In this document: in pieces, positions 50,055 through 59,213 of the stretch
Layout: each line of letters begins with the position of its first letter
Numbering within the stretch: position 1 is the stretch's first letter
From: Nitrospiria bacterium
GTDB taxonomy: Bacteria; Nitrospirota; UBA9217
Assembly: GCA_919902495.1 (NCBI GenBank)
Contig: CAKKRC010000018.1
Coordinates: 580 to 64,579, forward strand
DNA: 64,000 nt
Direction of reading: 5' to 3'
Made by a program: the position numbers and the translations under genes
Notes under the pieces: model-generated
What the model saw: only the letters and a program-made list of their open reading frames with translations
Told to the model about the DNA's origin: nothing
Database searches by the model: none

Positions 50055-53000
50055 ATGAAGAAGCAAGGCTATGCGTCCGCAGTACTATTGTTCATTCTGT
50101 GCATATCTCAAATGTATGCAATACCTGCCATGGCGAAAGACGGCTACCGCACTGTTGTCATCGATCAGGCCGGCGATCGCGTATTTGCAGTGAACAACGA
50201 CACAGAAGGCATCGACGTCATTGATGCAAAGACAGGGGCGCTTGTTTCCTCTATTCTCTCACGTGCCGATATCGAGGTGTTGGCTCTCGATGAACAGCGC
50301 AAATTGCTCGCAGCGGGAGGAGAGCACGGCGTCAGCATCATTTCAACAGAAACACTTGCTGTCCTGTCGACCATCCGGGTCTCCGGCGAGCCCACTGCCA
50401 TCGCCATTGATCCGACCCTCGGCTATCTTCTGATCGCCGCTGAACATGGAAAACTTTCGATCGTTGATCTCATGGCATTGCGAGTTATTACGGAGATCGA
50501 ACTGCTGGACAAGCCGGTGTCCATCGCTGTTGATCCGACGCTTCATCGCGCAATTGTAGCTCACCACACTTGGGGCAAAGGTTCGGATAGGAAAAAGAGT
50601 GAAGAGGAAAAGATACGCGACAATATATCGATCATTGATCTCTCTACCCTGTCCGTAGTGGCTACTCTTCTTGCCGGAAAAGAACCTGTCGATGTCGACG
50701 TTAATCCCATCACGCACGAAGCCGCAGTCGCGAACGAAAAGAGCGATGATGTCACGCTCATTGATCTTGGGACCGTGAGCGTTAAGGGCACGATCCCCGT
50801 TGATAAGCACCCTTCAGCGCTTTACTACAACAGCTGTCTGAACACGCTCGCCGTAGTCGGCGGAGAAGACAGGTCATGGCTCAGGGTCATCGATCCGGCG
50901 ACACAGGACGTCCAGGTTGTCTCTCGATATCATGATAAGCTTTATGACATAGGGATCCATAACTCGTTGAACAAGGCTGTCCTGGCCGGCAAGTCGAGAA
51001 TCCAATTCGTTGCTCTCCCGAATCCCATACCTCATCTTGACGCTATCTTCCCTAATAAGGCGCTCCGGGGCGGCGGACCATTCGAGATAACGTTAAGCGG
51101 AACAGGGCTTTTGGCTTCAACCGAGGTTTACCTGAACGGCATAAAGGCCGAATCTTCGTTCAAGGCCTGCGGCACGATCACTATTTCGATTTCTGCCACC
51201 CTTCTTGATAATGCCGGAACCATAGAGATCAAAGCGACAAACCCCGCTCCCCAAGGCGGAACGTCGAATATCCTGCTCCTCGCTGTTGAAAATCCTGTTC
51301 CCTCGATCCTGGCGCTCCAACCGACCCAGGCCGCCGCCGGTTCCCTGGATTTAACGCTCACTATCATCGGGAGCGGATTTTTCCCGAATACGCAATTCTT
51401 CATAAACAGCACACCTCGTGCGTTCACGTATCTCAGCGCAACAACGATCCAGACGCAACTGACCGCCGTTGAGCTCGAGACGGGACGCTATATCACCATT
51501 TCCGCGGTCAACCCCCAGCCAGGCGGCGGATCGTCTCTACCGTCCACCTTTACCGTGTTGAATCCCGTTCCAGCGATCTCGTCACTCTCTCCCGCTGAAT
51601 TGACCGCCGGCAGCTCAGACACGACAGTTACGATCACCGGCGACAATTTTGTTATGGGTTCGTCCGTGCTGTTGAACGGACAGCCGATCGCTACCAAATA
51701 CGTCGGAAAAACCAGCATCGAAACCACCCTCGCCGCTGCCCAGCTGGCAAACCCGGGCAGCTTTGCTGTCGAAGTTAGCAATCCCGTGCCCGGAGGCGGA
51801 TCGTCTCCGGCGGTGTCCCTCCTGGTTAAACCGGCAGGCAACAAACCTGACCCGTTGCCCGACGGCAGTTTCGGAAAACAGTACGAGGACCTTGTTCCGA
51901 CGAACGCAACGATCAAAGCCTATGATCCGAAGCGTTTCTCCATCGTGACCGGCCTGATCACCGACAGGACCGGGAATCCCGTTTCCGGTATCCAGGTCTC
52001 GATCCACGGTCACGCCGAATATGGCTCCGCCACGACCGACAATAACGGCAGATATTCGCTTCCCCTCGACGGCGGAACAACATTCACGATGGTCTATCAG
52101 ATGACGGGCCTCATTACGAGCCACCGGCAGGTCTATGTGCCCTGGAACGATATTGCCATCAGCGAGACAGTCACCCTGATCGCCGCGGATTCGAAAGCAA
52201 CCACGGTCACCTTCGACGGTAATCCGACTACGGTGGTGACGCACCGGAGCACACCGGTCACTGATTCCTTCGGCAGCCGGTCCATGACCATGGTATTTAC
52301 CGGCGACAACCACGCGTATGTGACCGACGAGAACGGTTTAGAAACGATCGCAACAACGATTACCACCCGCGCCACGGAGTTCGACACGCCCGAGAGCATG
52401 CCAGCGGTGCTCCCGCCGACCTCGGCTTACACTTACTGCGCCGAACTGTCAGCCGACGGTGCTAAGCATGTTCGCTTCGAGAAACCCGTCGTCACTTATG
52501 TGGAAAACTTCCTGGGCTTTCCCGTCGGCTCGATCGTTCCAGTGGGCTACTACGATCGGGCGAAGGGAACGTGGGTCGCCTCCGACAACGGTGTAGTCGT
52601 GAGGCTGCTTGATACGAACGGCGATGGTATCGTGGATGCCCTGGACAGTACGGGGGACAGCCTGCCGGACGACCTGAACAATGATGGATCGTTCATCGAT
52701 GAGGTAAAGGGCCTCTCCGATGCTGGTATATTCAATCCGGGCGGTACGTACTGGCGCGTTAGCGTCAATCATTTCACCCCGTACGACCACAACTGGCCCT
52801 ATGGACCGCCTGAAGATGCAATTGATCCAAATCCTGAGAGAGATCCGGTCCAAGACAAACAACAACCATGCGATGCCGTTGATTATACCAGCTCCTATTG
52901 CGAGAGAAAGAGCAGAGTGTTTCATGAAGATGTGTCCCTAGCTGGAACAGACATGACGCTGCATTATGCAAGTAACAGAGTACAAGGCTATAAAACGGTT

Positions 53001-56000
53001 ATTTCGATACCCGCAAGCGGACCAACGCTTCCAGGAAGCCTCAAAAGTATTATCGTTCGCATGGAGCTAAGCGGGCGCGTTTTCCAGAGAGTTCTTTCAC
53101 CACGACCGAATCAATCGGTTGAGTTCATTTGGGATGGCCTTGATCATCTTGGGAGACGAGTAATCGGTCCTAAACACGCAAATATAAGCATCGGTTATGG
53201 CTATACATTGGTCTACTATTCTGCGCGGAGTGACGTTCTGTCCTCATGGGCAAGAGTGGGCGATTGGTCACTCGCTATCCCGGGTCGCCAGGACATTATC
53301 GTATGGAAACACAGCAAAATATATGTCCATCGCGATGAGTATCGTTCGGTCGTCAAGGGCTGGACATTGTCTAAGCATCATCATATGACGCCATGGGCCC
53401 CGAATTTGTTGATCAAGGGCGATGGCACAACGATTGACAACCGAGTGCGAACTATTTCGACTATCGCGGGGAATTTCCAACAAGGATACAGCGGCGATGG
53501 TGTTCCTGCCACTCAAGCGAGCTTATATCAGCCTGCGGGTGTAATCGCGGATAAGGCGGGCAACATTTTATTTGCTGATCATTTTAATGATCGGATCCGC
53601 ATGGTGGATACATCCGGAATCATATCGACTGTCGCCGGAAATGGGCGGACGGGATTCAGCGGAGACGGCGGACTTGCAGTAGAGGCGAGCCTGATGTATC
53701 CGACCGGCGTTGCACTGGATAATTACGGCAACCTTTATATTGCAGATGGCGGAAACTCACGAATACGAAAAGTCGACTCTGCGGGAATTATCACAACGAT
53801 AGCCGGCATTGGCCAATATGGATATGGCGGCGACGGAGGCCCAGCTGTGCAGGCGGCGCTCTTTTATCCGAGCGGCGTAGCCGTCGACCGGGAGGGTAAT
53901 GTCTATATTGCCGACTTGGGAAACAGCAGAGTAAGAATAATGGATGCCAGCGGAATAATCCGCACGTTCGCCGGCAATGGAGAGATGTTTTCCTTCAGCG
54001 GCGACGGCGGCCGCGCTGAGGAGGCTGGATTAAGCTATCCCAGCGGTGTAGCGGTTGACGGCAGCGGGAACGTATATATTGCCGATCGATATAACGGACG
54101 GATCAGGAAAGTTGATGTCCGGGGGATAATCACAACCATTGCAGGATCGGGCGACTGGTGGTCCTATAATGGAAATAGCGGAGATGGCGGACCGGCAGTT
54201 GAGGCCTTCATGGTTCCCGAGGCGGTAGCGTTGGATAGCGTGGGGAATATTTATGTTGCTGATCAGGGTCTAAATACAATAAGAAAGATCAATACGAGTG
54301 GAATTATCACAACGATTGCTGGTAATGGAGAATATGGGTATGGTGGGGATGGCGGTCTATCGACGAAAGCTCAGCTCTATTATCCTACAGGAGTGGCCGT
54401 TGATCCGGCGTCAAATGTGTATATCGCGGATTCGTATAGTAATAAAATCCGCAAGATTTCGGAGCTTAACGTCTTCGCGTTACATGTGGTCGAAGGCGAT
54501 ATACCGTTCGCCGATGAAAACGGTTTGGGATACATCATGGGCAGCACCGGTCTGCACAAGAAAACAATCGATCTCGCATCGGGAATTACCCTGCTCGATT
54601 TCGGTTATAATACCAGGGGCGAATTAATATCAATAACAGATCGCTTCGGGAGTCAAACATCGATCCAATGGAATGCAGCAGGAACGATATCGTCCATTAC
54701 GTCGCCTGATGGTATTGTTACCAGCCTGACCGTAGATGGCAACACTCATCTGACAAACATCTCTTATCAGGACGGTTCCTCATATGCTTTCGGCTATACC
54801 GCCGATGGTTTAATGACCGATGAGTATGATCGCAGAAACAACCACTTCATCCACCAATACGCTCCAGCGAGCGGCAGAATCACCTCGATTATCGACCCGG
54901 AGTCCGGCCGCTGGGATTACGAGCACTACACCGATGCAACAGGCACGGTTTTTTCATCAATGCGAACGGCAGAGGGCAATATAATATCCTATCGCGATAA
55001 AGAGGACCTCGCAGGCGCGTACACTTCAGCGCAGACGGACGCTCGGGGTGAAACCACTACGACAACCCTGATGTTGGATGGATTTAGCGCGACGCAAACT
55101 GACGCCTGCGGCGTGAAGAAAGAGACGACCTTTGATATAGATTCGGCTTTTTTCAGCCGATATGAGACCGCATCAGTGGTAACTACGCCAGCAGGGCTTT
55201 CGCGGTCAAGGAACATCAGCAAGTCGTATGCTGATACCAATGCTGACAATATTCCCGATATCAGCATCAAAACGGTTTCCTTGAATGATAAAATATGGCT
55301 GGATGAAATCAATGTCATAGCAGGGACTCGTCGAACGACAACACCACAGGGAAGAAACAGAACGACGATTCATAATCCTTCTAATCTTTTAATTACATCA
55401 ATTGAAACAACGGGTCTCTATTCGGCGATGTTCGGTTACGATTTCCGCGGTCGGCTGACGTCAGCTACCACTGGCAGCAGAACAAGTATTATTGCCTACG
55501 ATGCTTTTGGGCACTACGATTACATCATAACGCCCGATAACCGGAAGTTCGATTATTCTTATGACAGGATGGGGAATCTGCGCTCCCTGCAGCAGCCAGA
55601 CGGTTCCGTGATCAGGTATGATTACGACTTGAGCGGCAATATGACCGTGCTCACGAACGCCAAGAGCGTCACGAATACCTTCAATTACACCGCCAACGAC
55701 CAACGGAAGACCTGGACCACGCCGTTGTCAGGCAGTTATACCTACACGTTCGACAAAGAGCGGAAGCTCAAGACGGTTACCTATCCCTCGGGAAGGGTGC
55801 TCAGCAACACCTATACGAATGGTCTCTTGGCTGGTATGACGACTCCGGAAGGCTCGACTACGTACAGCTATGGATGTTCGGGTCAGCTTTCCGGCGCCGT
55901 GCGCGGTTCTGAGTCGATAGCGTTTACCTATGACGGCTCGCTCATCAAAACCGACTCGCGAGTCGGGACCGTGGGCCAGGCGATCAGCTATACATACAAC

Positions 56001-57431
56001 AACGATTTCAATTTGTCGTCGATTACCTATGCCGGAGTTACGCAGAGCCTCGGCTATGACAACGACGGCCTTTTAATCTCAGCTGCTCCTTACGCCATCA
56101 CCCGGAACGCCCAGAACGGCCTGCCCGAGATGGTTGGAGACGGCAATCTGACACTTTCGAGAACCTTTAGTGGCTACGGCGAGCTTGACCAGAGCGTTTA
56201 TGCCGTGAGCGGAACCCCGCTCTACAGTTGGACCCTTTCACGCGACAACGCAGGCCGGATTACTCAGAAAATAGATGTCATGCCGCTGGGAGGTGTTGTC
56301 TGGGATTACGCTTACGATACCTTGGGCCGGCTGAAGGAAGTGAAGCAGAGCGGCAGTATCGTCGAAAGCTATGAGTACGACGCAAACGGCAACAGGACCT
56401 TCGAAACGAACACTTTCCGGGGAACGAGCAACAGGGCCTATGCCTACTCGCTCGAAGACCATGTCCTGACCGCCGGGCAGGACACCTACCAGTTTGATGC
56501 AGACGGCTTCCTGACGAGAAGAACAACCTCAGCAGGAACGGCTACCTTCACCTATTCATCACGAGGTGAGCTTCTAAGCGCTGCATTGCCTGACGGCAGG
56601 GTGCTCACCTACGACCACGACCCCATGGGCAGGAGAATCGCGAAGCGGGTGAATGGCACGATCATCGAGAAATATCTCTGGCAGGGCGCGACCCGTCTCC
56701 TGGCGGTATACGACAACAGCAACAACCTCGTCATGCGGTTTACCTATGCCGACGGACGGATGCCGGTGTCCATGACAAAGGGTGGTATCACGTACTATCT
56801 CTTCTACGACCAGATCGGCTCGCTCAGGGCGGTTGTGGACGGCAGTGGACAGATCGTAAAGGAAATGGTGTATGATTCCTTCGGGTATATGTATAATGAA
56901 AGCAATCCGGCGTTTACGGTGCCGTTTGGATTTGCTGGGGGGCTCTATGACCGTGATACAGGACTCGTTCGTTTCGGAGCCAGGGATTACGATCTAGCCA
57001 TCGGCAGGTGGACTGCCAAGGACCCCATAGATTTTGCGGGCGGAGACACAAATCTATTTGAGTATGTCTTTTCAAGTCCGATTAATTATACCGATAGTCT
57101 TGGACTAGTGGCTAGATGGCTGGTTCCCGATTCCATAATTAACAACTCACAACAAGTCGTAAATAGGGTAACAAACAATGCTTTTAGCAAAGAGGAATTA
57201 GCGAAATTAACCAATTTGGTCATAAAAAATATTGGGTATCTTGATGCTATACAATTTCAAAAAGTATGGTTTGATACCCAAGGAAATGTTCCGCTCACAA
57301 ATAAGCAAAAAAATATTCTTGACAACTTGTTTAACGAGCTTCTGAATGATGCTGATAATCAGGATTTAATTATGAAAGCCTACGAAGAATATCTTAAAGC
57401 GTTTGAGGAGAAAAAATGCTATCTAAAATGA
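50055..57431 (+). CDS. teneurin-like Rhs/YD-repeat polymorphic toxin (beta-propeller repeats, Ig-like repeats, NHL propeller, YD shell, Rhs core, variable C-terminal tip)
   Basis: GGGGGGAG RBS. Signal peptide MKKQGYASAVLLFILCISQMYAIPAMA. Three ~95-aa tandem repeats each ending NPxPGGGSS. Seven NHL repeats (GDGGxA..YPxGVAVDxxGNVYIAD..RIRK). Many YD motifs. Rhs core end DPIDFAGGDTNLFEYVFSSPINYTDSLGL at 57093-57107, followed by a 108-aa low-GC tip. Confidence 0.85.
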   Translation: MKKQGYASAVLLFILCISQMYAIPAMAKDGYRTVVIDQAGDRVFAVNNDTEGIDVIDAKTGALVSSILSRADIEVLALDEQRKLLAAGGEHGVSIISTETLAVLSTIRVSGEPTAIAIDPTLGYLLIAAEHGKLSIVDLMALRVITEIELLDKPVSIAVDPTLHRAIVAHHTWGKGSDRKKSEEEKIRDNISIIDLSTLSVVATLLAGKEPVDVDVNPITHEAAVANEKSDDVTLIDLGTVSVKGTIPVDKHPSALYYNSCLNTLAVVGGEDRSWLRVIDPATQDVQVVSRYHDKLYDIGIHNSLNKAVLAGKSRIQFVALPNPIPHLDAIFPNKALRGGGPFEITLSGTGLLASTEVYLNGIKAESSFKACGTITISISATLLDNAGTIEIKATNPAPQGGTSNILLLAVENPVPSILALQPTQAAAGSLDLTLTIIGSGFFPNTQFFINSTPRAFTYLSATTIQTQLTAVELETGRYITISAVNPQPGGGSSLPSTFTVLNPVPAISSLSPAELTAGSSDTTVTITGDNFVMGSSVLLNGQPIATKYVGKTSIETTLAAAQLANPGSFAVEVSNPVPGGGSSPAVSLLVKPAGNKPDPLPDGSFGKQYEDLVPTNATIKAYDPKRFSIVTGLITDRTGNPVSGIQVSIHGHAEYGSATTDNNGRYSLPLDGGTTFTMVYQMTGLITSHRQVYVPWNDIAISETVTLIAADSKATTVTFDGNPTTVVTHRSTPVTDSFGSRSMTMVFTGDNHAYVTDENGLETIATTITTRATEFDTPESMPAVLPPTSAYTYCAELSADGAKHVRFEKPVVTYVENFLGFPVGSIVPVGYYDRAKGTWVASDNGVVVRLLDTNGDGIVDALDSTGDSLPDDLNNDGSFIDEVKGLSDAGIFNPGGTYWRVSVNHFTPYDHNWPYGPPEDAIDPNPERDPVQDKQQPCDAVDYTSSYCERKSRVFHEDVSLAGTDMTLHYASNRVQGYKTVISIPASGPTLPGSLKSIIVRMELSGRVFQRVLSPRPNQSVEFIWDGLDHLGRRVIGPKHANISIGYGYTLVYYSARSDVLSSWARVGDWSLAIPGRQDIIVWKHSKIYVHRDEYRSVVKGWTLSKHHHMTPWAPNLLIKGDGTTIDNRVRTISTIAGNFQQGYSGDGVPATQASLYQPAGVIADKAGNILFADHFNDRIRMVDTSGIISTVAGNGRTGFSGDGGLAVEASLMYPTGVALDNYGNLYIADGGNSRIRKVDSAGIITTIAGIGQYGYGGDGGPAVQAALFYPSGVAVDREGNVYIADLGNSRVRIMDASGIIRTFAGNGEMFSFSGDGGRAEEAGLSYPSGVAVDGSGNVYIADRYNGRIRKVDVRGIITTIAGSGDWWSYNGNSGDGGPAVEAFMVPEAVALDSVGNIYVADQGLNTIRKINTSGIITTIAGNGEYGYGGDGGLSTKAQLYYPTGVAVDPASNVYIADSYSNKIRKISELNVFALHVVEGDIPFADENGLGYIMGSTGLHKKTIDLASGITLLDFGYNTRGELISITDRFGSQTSIQWNAAGTISSITSPDGIVTSLTVDGNTHLTNISYQDGSSYAFGYTADGLMTDEYDRRNNHFIHQYAPASGRITSIIDPESGRWDYEHYTDATGTVFSSMRTAEGNIISYRDKEDLAGAYTSAQTDARGETTTTTLMLDGFSATQTDACGVKKETTFDIDSAFFSRYETASVVTTPAGLSRSRNISKSYADTNADNIPDISIKTVSLNDKIWLDEINVIAGTRRTTTPQGRNRTTIHNPSNLLITSIETTGLYSAMFGYDFRGRLTSATTGSRTSIIAYDAFGHYDYIITPDNRKFDYSYDRMGNLRSLQQPDGSVIRYDYDLSGNMTVLTNAKSVTNTFNYTANDQRKTWTTPLSGSYTYTFDKERKLKTVTYPSGRVLSNTYTNGLLAGMTTPEGSTTYSYGCSGQLSGAVRGSESIAFTYDGSLIKTDSRVGTVGQAISYTYNNDFNLSSITYAGVTQSLGYDNDGLLISAAPYAITRNAQNGLPEMVGDGNLTLSRTFSGYGELDQSVYAVSGTPLYSWTLSRDNAGRITQKIDVMPLGGVVWDYAYDTLGRLKEVKQSGSIVESYEYDANGNRTFETNTFRGTSNRAYAYSLEDHVLTAGQDTYQFDADGFLTRRTTSAGTATFTYSSRGELLSAALPDGRVLTYDHDPMGRRIAKRVNGTIIEKYLWQGATRLLAVYDNSNNLVMRFTYADGRMPVSMTKGGITYYLFYDQIGSLRAVVDGSGQIVKEMVYDSFGYMYNESNPAFTVPFGFAGGLYDRDTGLVRFGARDYDLAIGRWTAKDPIDFAGGDTNLFEYVFSSPINYTDSLGLVARWLVPDSIINNSQQVVNRVTNNAFSKEELAKLTNLVIKNIGYLDAIQFQKVWFDTQGNVPLTNKQKNILDNLFNELLNDADNQDLIMKAYEEYLKAFEEKKCYLK
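57108..57431 (+). other. Rhs C-terminal variable (toxin) tip, ~35% GC, no recognisable motif
   Basis: Begins directly after DSLGL. By eye, composition changes abruptly from ~60% to ~35% GC. I recognise no known catalytic motif. Confidence 0.6.
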
Positions 57432-57796
57432 AGAATACAGCAAAAGGATGGCTAGTAACTTTATTGCTAGGCATTTCTTGTGGGACTATATTCTTTTATT
57501 TACTCAAAACACTCCCGTCGAAGTATGCAGATATGTTGTTTTATTTATTTGGCCTCCAATATTTAGTAGCGGCATTAGTTGTCGACAATAGTTCGATTTA
57601 TTACTTATTATTTTCCATATTGCATTTCATTATAATATTTCGATTGTGTTTCTGGTTAGTACGCAAAGAGCTTTCCGTGCGACAGTGGGCATTGGCTATA
57701 TTTGGTTATTTAATTTTTAGCATTTCTATCTTTATTGGATCGGCGTACATTTTTTTCCATTATGTTATGCGAATAGGTGAAACCATTTCGCAATAA
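57416..57796 (+). CDS. 4-TM small membrane protein, candidate cognate immunity protein
   Basis: ATG overlaps the toxin stop codon region. AT-rich like the tip. Four hydrophobic helices. Confidence 0.55.
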   Translation: MLSKMKNTAKGWLVTLLLGISCGTIFFYLLKTLPSKYADMLFYLFGLQYLVAALVVDNSSIYYLLFSILHFIIIFRLCFWLVRKELSVRQWALAIFGYLIFSISIFIGSAYIFFHYVMRIGETISQ

Positions 57797-57842
57797 TTAT
57801 CAAGTATATTTTCTATTCAGAACAGCAAAATCGGATTGATAG

Positions 57843-57874
57843 GTGCGTATGGGGTCCGGTGCGTATGGGGTCCG
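57843..57874. repeat. tandem direct repeat 2 x GTGCGTATGGGGTCCG (16 nt)
   Basis: Read directly: identical units at 57843-57858 and 57859-57874, GC-rich in an AT-rich context. Confidence 0.7.
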
Positions 57875-57896
57875 ACTTGAATCTGTAGTTATTGCT

Positions 57897-58400
57897 TCAC
57901 ACCCGATCATTTCGAGTAAGGAATGACTGTATCCTCTCGATGTTCTTCCTGCTCGGCCGCATCCTTCCGCTCATCCAGTCTGTCAGTTGCTCCGGATCCC
58001 GACCCATCACAGCTCCCAGCCGCTCATAGGACAGACCGTTTACGCGTTTATAGTACTTGAGCCTGCCAATGGTATCCTCCGGGCAGGGGAAGGGGACATA
58101 CCCCAAGAATTGGATCACCGCGGGCATATACTTTAGCTCCGGCTCGGTTCCACGCTCCCAGTTATAAACCGAAGCCTCTGAAACGCCTACCTGTTTTGCA
58201 ACCTGCCGTTGGAATAATCCCAAATCAATTCGACGCTTGCGGATATGGTCTCCGATGGTTCGGGGATTGCCAGTATAACCCCGGGGTGCTATAATCGGCC
58301 GTGGTAATGAAAACCTATATATCGGCCACTCGAAAAAGGTGCCTGAACCCCTGCAAGTGCGGCTTCCATGGCGATCACCAGCACCCGTGCCAGTGCACAC
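57897..58400 (-). CDS. XRE-family HTH regulator; N-terminus runs without a canonical start into the duplicated comM fragment
   Basis: HTH: IGDHIRKRRIDLGLFQRQVAKQVGVSEASVYNWERG. No ATG/GTG/TTG lies within 30 codons upstream of the HTH. The only in-frame Met (58400) is inside the antisense of the comM duplicate, so the 5' end may be disrupted. Confidence 0.5.
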   Translation of the reverse strand: MCTGTGAGDRHGSRTCRGSGTFFEWPIYRFSLPRPIIAPRGYTGNPRTIGDHIRKRRIDLGLFQRQVAKQVGVSEASVYNWERGTEPELKYMPAVIQFLGYVPFPCPEDTIGRLKYYKRVNGLSYERLGAVMGRDPEQLTDWMSGRMRPSRKNIERIQSFLTRNDRV

Positions 58401-58828
58401 CCCACCAGGTACAGACCTACCGCTCCCGCGTGTCCGGCCCGCTCATGGACCGCATCGATATCCACATCGAGGTCCCGGCCATCAAGTTCAAGGAGATCAC
58501 CTCCGACGTTCCCGGAGAGCCGTCGGTCGCGATCCGCGACCGCGTTACCTTCGCCCGTTCGGTCCAGCAGGAGCGGTTCAAGACCGACGGCATTTACGCC
58601 AACGCCCACATGAAACCCCGCCACATCCGCAAGTATTGCAGGATCGACGCCGGCTCCCAGCAGCTCATGGAGGCGGCCATGAACCGCCTCGGCCTGTCCG
58701 CCCGGGCCTACAACCGCGTCCTCAAGGTCGCCCGCACTATAGCTGATATCGAAGGCAGCGGCCCCATAGCGACGGAGCACATCTCCGAGGCAATTCAGTA
58801 CCGGAGCCTCGACAGAAGGATAAGCTGA
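58345..58828 (+). pseudogene. comM: orphan duplicate of the comM 3' end (last 161 codons)
   Basis: Matches 49301-49784 base for base. Exceptions: one synonymous change at the first codon and five synonymous changes clustered in the last 45 nt. The encoded C-terminus is identical. A TATAAT at 58290-58295 and an in-frame ATG at 58307 lie just upstream. Confidence 0.8.
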
Positions 58829-58880
58829 AGCTGCTGTCAATTGCCTTGAAAAAAGAAGATCGATAGCCTATACTTCACGC

Positions 58881-59213
58881 ATGAAAACAAGTGGACTGTC
58901 GGAGCATGAAAAGGCCGCCCTTGCGAAGCTGAAGAAGACGCTTGAAGAGCGGTTTAATCTTATTGATTTCCGCGTGTTCGGGTCAAAAGCGCGCGGCGAG
59001 GCTGTTCCCGAATCCGATATCGATGTGATGATTGAGATCGAAGAGTACAACCCGCTGACGGAGTCAGAAATAGACGAATTGGTGTTTAAGATCAACCTAG
59101 AATATGACTGCTTTATATCGGTAGTCATTTTCGGCAGGCGCGAACTTGAAGAGGGGCCCCTGGGAGAATCTCCCCTGTACCGCGTGATCGAAAGAGAGGG
59201 GATCAAGGTTTGA
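58881..59213 (+). CDS. minimal nucleotidyltransferase (MNT) antitoxin
   Basis: FGSKARGEAVPESDIDVMIE, a Pol-beta-type NTase GS..D.D motif. 110 aa. Confidence 0.7.
   Translation: MKTSGLSEHEKAALAKLKKTLEERFNLIDFRVFGSKARGEAVPESDIDVMIEIEEYNPLTESEIDELVFKINLEYDCFISVVIFGRRELEEGPLGESPLYRVIEREGIKV

Noticed and set aside
58301-58828. Independent functional 'second comM'
   Set aside because: It encodes only the last 161 codons, identical to the intact copy, and lacks the AAA+ core. It is treated as a duplicated orphan fragment.
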